From the NCBI RefSeq assembly GCF_036321535.1, contig NC_087472.1:97342001-97406000 (forward strand): a stretch of 64,000 bases of DNA, read 5' to 3'. Origin of the DNA: Camelus dromedarius (lineage: Eukaryota). Numbering within the stretch: the first letter of the stretch is position 1; each line of letters begins with the position of its first letter. The notes under the pieces were generated by a model that had not been told where the DNA came from, searched no databases, and saw nothing but the letters and a program-made list of their open reading frames with translations. Position numbers and translations under genes: made by a program. Shown in pieces: positions 54,295-64,000 of this stretch.

Positions 54295-57270
54295 GACTTC
54301 TGATTCTGGACAAGGCAGTGTAGGCACATTTCTCCCTACTCCTCCTCCTTATTTATTTTATATATAAAGCAAACAATAAGGCTCAGAAATCTGGAGAGAG
54401 GAAAGCAGACCAACTAAAGAATGAATTGAGGAATGACAAAATGGTGAGTTTCCTGGGTATTCTTTTTGCCTTCCTTATATCCTGGACTGAGTGGTGGAGA
54501 AGCCTACAACCGAGAAACACCCACAGACATAGCTAAAAAATTTCCCAAGAAAAACTTGTTGTTTTTGTTTTTTTTTAAGCCAAAGGACCAGGAAAGAAGC
54601 AGCCTAACAAGAAAGAAATCTTTTTAGTAGTAACTGCCTTGCTCCTACATCACAGAAAAAACAAAAACACGGTGTACCTTCCTTGGCCCCACCAACAAAG
54701 GCCAAGCATGAATCCTAGATTTCCATCCTGGTCTGTTGGTAGTGAGATACACTACCTCTCCCCATTAGCATGGTATGTAAAGAGGCCAAGTCTCCAAGTC
54801 TGTGTTTTAAACACTGCTCAGAGATAATGAGATACTTTCTTTATCCCCACTCTCATCATGTCAATAGAAACCATACGGGGACCCTGGACTGCCACCCTCA
54901 CCTAGCAGTTATGAGGCAGGGCTCAACTTCCCACACCAGCATGGTGTCAGTAGAGGCCTGCTAAAATAAAAGATTCAAATAATATCTTAAATCTCATAAT
55001 ATACAAAATGTTTAAGACAGAATTAAAAATTACTCATCATATCAAGAACCAGAAAAATCTCAACTTGAATTAGGAAAAAAAAACCATTAATGCCAACACT
55101 GAGGAGAAACAGACATTGAAATTATCTGAAAAGAATTTAAAGGCAACCATTATTTGAAGGAAAAAAAAAGCTTCAGTGAACAATTATGAAGACACTTGAA
55201 ACAAATGAGAAAAAAGTCTTAGCAAGAAGTGGAAGATACAAAGAACCAGACAAATTTTAGAGCTGAAAAATACAGTAATCAGAATAAAATTCCAACATGG
55301 GCTCAATAAAAGAATATATATGATAGAGGAATGAAGCAATGGACTTGAAGATACAACATTACAAATTACCCAATCTTAATAACCTAGAGAGAAATGGACT
55401 GAAAAAAATTAACAGAGACTCACAGACCTGTAGACAGTAATAAAAGTTCTAATATTCATGTCATTGGAATTCTAGAAAATGGGTATGAACATGTATTTAA
55501 CAAAATAAGAATAGAAAATTTCCCAATTTTATGAAAGGTTTAAACCTACAGATTAAAGAAAATTAGGAAACCCCAAACACAAAAACCCCAAGGGAATCCA
55601 TGCCATTACACATCATAACCAAACTTCTGTAATCTAAAGACGATGAAAAACTCTTAAAAGCAGATAAAGAGAAACGGCACATTGACTATACAGGAACACC
55701 AGTTCAAATGATAGCAGATTTCCTATGAGAAACCATGGAGGCCAGAAGGAAGGAGCATAATATTTTTCAAATGCTGAAAAAAGGAGTGATGATCCCGGAA
55801 TACCATATTCAGAGAAAATACCTTTAGAAATGAAGAGAAGGTTAAGATATTCTCAAATGAAGGAAAACTAAGAAAATTTGTTGTCAACAGACTTAATCTA
55901 AAATAATGGCTAAAGCACATTCTCTAAATGCAAAGAGAAGGATAAAAGAAGGAACTTTGGAATATCAGGAAGGAGGGAAGAAAACAATAAGCAAAAACAT
56001 GGGTAAATACAATAGAGTATCCTTTTCTTCTTGAGTTTTCTAAATTATCTTTGACAATGGAACCAAAAGTTTAACAATGTCTAATGTGGTATTAAATATG
56101 TACAGAGGAAATAGTTAAAACAATTCTAATTGGAGAGAACAAGGGAACGTACAAAGAGGTAAGGCTTCTACACTTCATCAAACAAAAATAATACCAGTTG
56201 ACTATGATTAATTATGGATAAATAAAACAATACCTGGAGCAACCGCTAAACAGCTATATGCACTCAAAAGCACTACCAATAACTGTATACAGAAGTCCAA
56301 ATATAATGTACATATGAAACTTACGTAATACAAACCAATCTTACCTCAGTAAATTAAAAAACACTAAAGATAAATTAAAATGGAATTCTGAAAGAGTTTT
56401 CAACTAACCACAGGAAATACACACCCGAAAACGTGCTCAAAATAATTTGTCATAAGGGTAATAGAAATCAAATCCACAATGAGATAATGAGATACCACTC
56501 CACCCCAATCAGGGTGGCTATAATAAAAAAGATAGACAATAACAAGTGTTGGTAAGGACGTGAAGGGGAAATTTGAACCCTCAGACATTATCAATGGGAA
56601 AGTAAAAGGGTTCAGTCACTTTGGAAAACATTTTTATAGTTTTTCAAAATGTTTAACATAAAGTTACCTTAAAAATAAATAAGTAAAGTTACCATATGCC
56701 CAGCAATTCCACTCTTAGGTATCTACCCAAATGAAATGAAAACGTGTTCACGTGTAAATGTGTACATAGATGTAAATAGCGGCATTATTCATGGTAATCA
56801 AAAGGTGAAAATAACCCAAATATTCATCAGCTGATGAACTGATAAAATGTGTTATATTCATATAGTGGAATACTGTTAAGAAATAAAAAGGAATGAGGTA
56901 CTGATAAATGCTGTAATGTACATGATCCTTGAAAACTTCATGTGAAGTGAAAGAAGCCAGTCACAAAAGGCCATTTATTGTATTATCCCATCTATATGAA
57001 ATGTCCAGAATAGGGAAATATATACAGAGAAAATAGATTAGTGGTTTCCTAGAGCTGAAGACATGGCAGGCGGTGAGGTGGACTTGGGAGGGAGGTGGGA
57101 CGGATAATGGGTAGTGACTGCTGCAGAGTTTCTTTTTGATAATGAAATATTCTAAAATTAAGTTGTGGTGATTGCTTTGAAATTCTGCAAATATACTAAA
57201 AAACATTGAATTGTTCACTTTAAATGCACAGATTGCATGGTATGGACTTATATCTCAATAAATTATTAAA
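54295..57270 (+). mobile_element. Old L1 (5' UTR, ORF1, 3' end; most of ORF2 absent)
   Basis: acttctgattctggacaaggc start; gaaaccatggaggccagaagg (ORF1); aacaagtgttggtaagga...cccagcaattccactcttaggtat...tatctcaataaa. Confidence 0.85.
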
Positions 57271-58999
57271 TAATATACGGAATGACATGACCTTTAGGTT
57301 TATAAGCACTTTGTCCCTTTTCTTATGTATTATTTAATTGCATCATCTAATTTTCCCCTCTAAAAGCAGTACAGTTTACAAGTGAGAAAACTGAGGCACA
57401 AAGGTTTTGTCATTTTTCCAAGGTCGCACAGCTAATTCCCGAGCTCCACGAAGCAAACTTAAACAGATTTCCTGACTACACACAAGGACGATTAACAATA
57501 GGCTGGAGAAACATGGGGAAGGCAAGAAAAGGAAAGCATTTCCAATAAACATATTCAGTTGTGATAATCTGGGATAAAAAAGGCAATCCGGTGTGACAGA
57601 AGTTTTTATTGCCTTCCTCAGGGGCTTCGGAACTGCTTGTACTTGATAAAACCATTCAGACTAAGGATTTGGGACAAGGGCTTATGCTCAATTTTTTGTA
57701 GCGTGCATTACCATTTAGAGAGATAGCAGGTGACTTAAGTCTTTTAGTAAGAATCATTGTAGGGGAAGAGAAACACAAATGACAATGTTAACAACTGCCA
57801 GACTTCTCTTTGGGAGTTTATTGATATTCCTAAATGATAGGAGTAGAAAATTGATGGAAGAAAAGGCAACAGCCTTTAAGGGTGTATTAATTTGGCATCT
57901 TGTTTTTCTGTCAATCTCATTATAGCACTTGACAGGAAAATAGATGTATTTGATGGCATTTACTCTTTTCAACACAGCCATTACTTCAGAAATATTATCA
58001 CTTTTGATTTTTCAATTTTTGTTGAAATGGTGTTTGATATAGTTTTGTTCTCATTATGGAGTCTCTGTCTCAATTTGCTGAAAAAGATTGCAACCCCAGT
58101 GAAGTATGGCAGAAAATTAATTGATGTGTGTGGCTATTTAAGGATCATTCAGGGAGAACATCAAGTGGTATTTTCTAGACTGTCTGACTTTGATCTGAAT
58201 ATTCTCTTCCTGGAATGACACAGATTTTGTCATTTTGGATGGCAGCTGTGAGTTAAATCCTGGAAATTTTTGAGGCTTGCATGTCATGCAGCTCAGACAG
58301 GCTGGCATCCTCACGGATGGGCCAGTGGGGAGGAGAGGCAACTGAAAGAAAGAGGAATGGAGGTGGGGAAACTAGCTTGGCTATTAAGGATGACTCCAAA
58401 AGAGAGTCAGGCTTTCTAATATGCAGTATCCAAAAAGCATGCTTATCTTAGGCCAGGTCCAGTTACATGGTGGATAAAGTTGTTCTAATCCTATAGCTGT
58501 AATTTATGCAGCTGGCAATATAAGATGTCTGGTATAAGCAGCTGCTGTGGTTCAGGCAACTTGCCAGTCAGAGCCTTGAGATGATCCAGCATTCAGGAAC
58601 AAGTAATTGGTGAGGTGTCAGGACCCCACCTAAGCAGGCTGTGGATCAGGGTGGGATTTTGTTGCCAGTGGAAAATGGGAGTGTTGGGCAGAAGGAAACA
58701 GGATGAAACTTTATTGTGTGGACTCTTGCAGTATGGGCTGGAGCTTACATGAAGCAGAGCGTATGTGGTATACTTGTTAGTGTCTCAGTGACAGCAAGGC
58801 TGTTTCCAGCCCCAGTGGAAGAAGGTAGGCCAAGGTTACTGGTAAAATTCATGCCATGATCGGGCCTTATGGAGGAGCCAGCTTTTGATGAGTCCAGGTT
58901 GGAGTGTCTGGGAAAGACAGGGGCTGATACCCACTCACATACGGGCCCAGCAATCATCATTGTATGTAACCAGATCCAGGCAGTAAGACCCAATAGAGT

Positions 59000-59222
59000 G
59001 TAGTGATCATGAGCAGAGACTGTATCATATAGATCAAAACTGGAATTTCACTTCTACTTATTATTTTTATGACATTAAGTTACTTAAGTGCTCTGTGCCT
59101 CAGTTTCCTCTGTTGTAAAATGGGGTTAAAATGATATCTATCTCCTTTGGTGCTTGTGAGGGTAGAGTGAGACAGTTCACATCCCGTGCCCATAATAACA
59201 CATCAATAAGTGTTAGCTATTC
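59000..59222. mobile_element. MIR SINE
   Basis: aagttactta...ctctgtgcctcagtttcctc...tgtaaaatgggg. Confidence 0.8.
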
Positions 59223-59349
59223 TTACTGCTGCTTGTATTAAAGTAGTCCTTCCAATTCTGGTCAGTGATTTTGTCAGGCTTTGATCTAGCTAGAAAGATA
59301 GAATGTTTTCAGTTAAGTCAGCTCAACGTGGTGCAGTATGAAATAATGC

Positions 59350-59505
59350 CTTGCTACTTAGTAAGGTCAGCAAACCAGCAGCATCACCTGAGAACTTGTT
59401 AAAAAGGCAGAATCTCAGGCTTGTTTCCAGTACTCCTGAATCAGAATCTGCATTTTTATAAGTTCTGCCAGATAATTCCTGCATATGTTAAGATTTGAGA
59501 AGACC
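59350..59505. mobile_element. MER5A
   Basis: ccagcagcatcacctgagaacttgtt...tgaatcagaatctgcattt...tttgagaag. Confidence 0.8.
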
Positions 59506-59509
59506 TATG

Positions 59510-61400
59510 ATGAAGGAGGCTAGAATATACAATGGGGAAAAGACAGCCTCTTTCATAAGTGGTGTTGGGAAAACTGGACAGCTACATGCAAAATAATAAA
59601 ACTGAATTACTTTCTCACAGCATGCACAAAAATAATTTTAAAATGGATTAAAGACTTAAATGTAAGATCTGAAACCGCAAAACTTCAAGAAGAAAACATA
59701 GACAGTATGCTCTTTGACATCAGTCTTAGTAAAAGTTTTTTGATGCGTCTTCTAAGGCAAAGGAAACAAAACCAAAAATAAACAAATGGGACTACATCAA
59801 ACTAAAAAAGCTTTTACACAGTGAAGGAAACTATCAACAAAACAAAAAGCCTGCCTACCGAATGGGAAAACATTTTTGCAAACAATTTATCTGATAAGGG
59901 TTAATATCCAAAATATACAAAGAACTTATCCAACTCAACATCAGAAAATTAACAACCTGGTTAAAAAATGGGCAGAGGATCTGAATAGACATTTTTCCAA
60001 AGAAGGCATACAGATGGCCAACAGGCACATGAAAAGATGTTCAGCATCACTAATCATCAGGGAAATGCAAATCAAAACCACAATGAGATATCACCTCATA
60101 CCTGTCAGAATGGCTATTGTCAATAAGACAACAAATAACAAATGTTGGTGAGGCTGTGGAGGAAAGGGATCCCTCCTACACTGTTGGTAGGAATATAAAT
60201 TTTCTGTTTGGAGAGTCCTCAAAAAATTAAAAATAGAACTACTATCTGATCCGGCAATTCCACTCCTGGGTATTTATCTGAAGAAAATGAAAACACTAAT
60301 TTGAAAAGATACATGCACTCTTATATTAAGTGCAACATTATTTACAACAGCCAAGATATGGAAGCAACCTAAGTGCCCATCAATAGGTGAATGGATAAAG
60401 AAGAGAAAACTGAGGAACAAAGAATTTATTATTTTTCCAAGGTCACATAGCTAACTCCTGAGCTCCACAAAGCAAACTCAGACAGATTTGAGTGTGTACA
60501 AATACACACACACACACATTTATATTTATATCTAAGATACACGATGGAATATTACTCAGCCATAAAAAAGAGTGAAACCTTGTCATTTGCAGCAACATGG
60601 ATGAACCTAGAGGGTATTATGCTAAGTGAATTAAGTCAGATAGAAAAGGTAAATACTGTATGGTTTCAGTTATATATAGAATCTTAAAAAACAAAGCAAA
60701 TGACAAACATGACTAAACAGAAACAGAGTCATAGATACAGAGAGCAAGCAGATGGTTGCCAGAGGGGAAGGGGTGAGGGGAGAAGAGAAATAGATGAGGG
60801 AGACTAAGAGGTACAGACTTCTAGTTGCTAAATAAATGAGTCACGGGTATGAAATATACAGTGAAAGGAATATACCCAATAATTATATAATACTTTTGTG
60901 TGGTGACAGTAACTAGACTTATCATAGGGATCATTTTGAAATGTATAGAAACATTGAATCACTATATTTTGTACCAGGAACTAACATAGTGTTGTAGGTT
61001 AATTATACTTAAGAAAACAACAAAAGATCTCATAGAAAAAGAAATCAGATTTGTGGTTACCAGAAGTGGGGATGGTGGGAGGAGAAATTGAATGAAGGCA
61101 GTCAAAAGGTACAAAAACTTCCAGTTACAAGATAAATAAGCACTAGGGATGTAATGTACAGGATGGCAAATATAAATAACACTGCTGTCTGTTATATATG
61201 AAAGTTGTTATGAGAGTTCTCATCACAAGGGGAGAATTTTTTTCCAGTTTAAAAATTTTTATCTGTATGAGATGATGGATGTTCACTAAACTTATTGTGG
61301 TAATCATTTCATGATGTACATAAGTCAAATCATTGTGCTGTACTCCTTAAGTTTATATAGCAATGTATCTCAATTCTGTCTCACTAAAACTGGGGAAAAA
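59510..61400 (+). mobile_element. L1 ORF2 C-terminus and 3' UTR
   Basis: Track ORF 59876..60151 [46 protein letters not shown]1 3' UTR follows. Confidence 0.92.
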
Positions 61401-61759
61401 AGATTTGAGAAGATCTGGACAGTAGATTACCTTAAGATTTTATATCCTGTTTTCACCAATTATTGGCTGTATGAAGTTGTTCAAGTCACTTAAATAATCG
61501 AATTCCCCATCTATAAAAATACAATAATATATGTTACGATTGTGAAGAGTATATGAAATAACATGTTAGAGTCAATTCTCTTATGAGGTACAGGCAGTCC
61601 AATCTCTGATTGCTAGGAAATAATAATGACAAGTAAATTTCAGGGCTTCAGGTGTGGTCAGCCATTGCTAGGCCTTTGACTTTGCAGGTCCCTCACCATG
61701 ATCCTAACACAAGGAGCAGCAGAGCTGTAGTGAACTAAATAAACTAAGTAATTTCTATT

Positions 61760-61893
61760 TTTTCCAGCTTTACTGAGGTATAATTGACAAATAAATTTGT
61801 ACATATTTAAGGTATACAAGTGGTAATTTGATATGCGTATATATTGCAAAATAATTACCACAGTCAAGTTACTTAAGACATCCATCACCTCAC
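61760..61893 (-). mobile_element. L1 3' terminal fragment
   Basis: ccagctttactgaggtataattgacaaata...atccatcacctcaca. Confidence 0.8.
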
Positions 61894-61926
61894 AAAGGTG
61901 ATATGCATTCCAAAGTGATTATAGAT

Positions 61927-62120
61927 AGGAGTCAGCAAACTTTTTCTGTAAGGGCCACATAGTGACTATTTTTGGTTTTGTAGGCCACATGGTCTCTGTT
62001 GTGACTACTCAACTCTGCCCTTTTAGTGAGAAAGCAGCTGCAGACATTATGTAAATGAATAGGCATAGTTGTGTTCCCAAAAAGAAAATAATGTACAAAA
62101 CAGGTAACATGGTGGATCAG
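61927..62120. mobile_element. MER58A
   Basis: ggagtcagcaaactttttctgtaagggcca...actactcaactctgcc. Confidence 0.85.
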
Positions 62121-63330
62121 ATTATAAGGAAACAAAAGGGAAATATGAGGCAGCTCTTGAAGTTCATTCCAAGCTTTTCCCTCGAGGTCTCTGGGAACCT
62201 AAAAAGGAAGCAGAGATGATCATAGCATTGGCTGCCTCTTTGAACTGAGAAATGTGGCGTGAGGAGGAGGATACATCTTTTGAGTGAGATGAGTATTGCC
62301 TCTCAGTTACCACCAAGGTTGTGCTTGGGAGTGGATCTATTCCTGGGGCAATGCCTCCTCGTTCACTGTTCGCTTATGCCTAGAGTGTTCCTGGCCCCAG
62401 TTTACTCTGCTAAAAACTTGCCAGAGAGTCACATCATCTTCCCTGGAAAAAAAAACCTTTGAACAGTGTGGCTCATACATAGATGATTTTTCCATAGCCA
62501 CACATTGCAGATCCCTTTGGCTCCAAATATGAGTCTTTGGTAAAGGGTAACTAAGCAAGGGAGTGTATTGTCATAAACTGTGTGTTTCTAGTTGGCAGGC
62601 CTGCTGGACTTCTATGCCTCTGTCCTTTCCTGTTCAAAGTTAAGCAGATAACCCGAGGGCCGTAGAAGGATTGACCCAGTTATATAATCAATATCTTAGA
62701 CTTCAGTAAATTTATGTTAGGAATTGGACTGCCATTGTATCCAGGGGATTCTGGGAGATGGCTGGGTCTTGGCAGCAGGAATCTCTGGGTTGTAATTTTC
62801 TTTGCAGGGGAATTGATTGAGATTGAGGCAGAGCCTGAGCAAGTGGAAAGACCAGGCTCCAGATCTTCAGGAAGGGAAATTGGCAAGGGATTCTGGCCCC
62901 CACGCCAAGGTGCAGCAAACCCAGTATTGGAGCTGAAGCTCTGGAACAGCGAATGATGAGTATGCCAGTGGGAGCCGGGGGACAGCTGCAGCTCCAGGAG
63001 GGTCCAGGTACTACAATCAGGCGTGTTCTCATTGAAGACAGATTGTAAGGCTTCTATGTCCACTATGGGATGTGGGAGTATCAAGTAGGGACCGGCTGGC
63101 ACAAACTCCCAAATTTGTATACATAATTTGAGTTTTTCTACATTACTGAATGCTGTAAGTTACTATATATATTTTAAGTCTCATAACTTTGCCTACTCCT
63201 TCAAAGATTGCTGAGGATATTGTGTTTGGTAAGAAAAAGGGAAATTCACCCATGTGAGTGTTCAGTGGGCTTTTGTTTAGAGGGTTTGCGAAAACCTGTT
63301 GCATTGTAAAGGCTGGGTACTCTTGGGATT

Positions 63331-63962
63331 GTGTATCAGTCAGGGTCCAGTGAGGAGGCAGAAACCTCATCATTTATTTTAACAGAAAAAATGTGTACCT
63401 AGGTCTAAAGAATTCTTAAAAATGTGTAACATTGTTAACTAAGACACTAACCAGGGGAAAAGAAAACACTAAGGAGTCAGAGGAGGAAAAACCATTGGAA
63501 ACAACACGCAACCTCTGGGGCTAGGGAAACAAAAAGAAGTTGGAATTCTTAAAACTTATTTTTAAAATTTAGCAGCTCAGAGGAGGAGGGCCTCAGTGGA
63601 GTTAAACGTACATCTCTGAAGATGGCTGGTTCTGATGTTTCTGAGGGGAGATTGATAAAGCTAGTTCAACTAGGTTTGGGAAAACCGCAAACTGCATCCA
63701 GCTGCTGTCACGGGAGGGCACTACCACTGCAGTGGAGAAGAAATGTTAGTGGAGAAATCCTCAAGGGAAGCAGACAGGATGGAGCACGCCCCTCCTCCTT
63801 CTTCCAGTGCTGCAGGCCCCTCCGGAGCCTAATAGGTCTCCAGCCAGCAAAGCAAAAATGTGGGTTGCAGACTCCCAGCCCCCACATCACAGCTCAGCCC
63901 AGCTCCCCAGCCCGAAGAGGGGGGCAGTTAGGAACTGAGAGAGAATGCATTAATAACCCACA
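63331..63962 (-). mobile_element. ERVL-type LTR
   Basis: tgtatcagtcagggtccag start and ...taataacccaca end. The preceding ~62560-63330 may also be retroviral-derived, but that is unresolved. Confidence 0.5.
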
Positions 63963-64000
63963 GTGCTTGTTGGCTTTTCTGGGACAAGCTTTGTTGGTTT

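Noticed and set aside
62680..63102. 140-aa ORF and overlapping ORFs
   Set aside because: No recognisable domain, non-ATG start, and adjacent to an LTR; probably decayed repeat or chance.

Overview
Mammalian genomic DNA, AT-rich and repeat-dense. It is almost certainly from a camelid (camel/alpaca/llama), judged from a vic-1-type tRNA-derived SINE at ~51.9 kb and camelid-type L1 3' ends at ~9.4 and ~29.5 kb. The only credible protein-coding gene is an intact, intronless KH-domain DEAD-box helicase on the minus strand (48486..50387, 633 aa) that I recognise as DDX53 (CAGE), the DDX43-related retrogene that is X-linked in human. The rest is L1, L2, CR1/L3, MIR, MaLR/ERVL LTRs and hAT transposons (MER5, MER20, MER58, MER63), plus several unique stretches that may be conserved non-coding elements. 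Most notable: (1) this DDX53 keeps the canonical KH GRGG loop and helicase motifs V and VI, which I recall as degenerate in human, and it has an RG-repeat N-terminus; (2) a compact germline-type promoter motif cluster; (3) two ~85-bp short-range sequence copies, one clearly inserted into an L1; (4) three co-oriented MER20 copies with related spacers; (5) very short retrotransposition scars with target-site duplications. I found no convincing new multi-gene system. Repeat subfamily names and boundaries are by eye and approximate.
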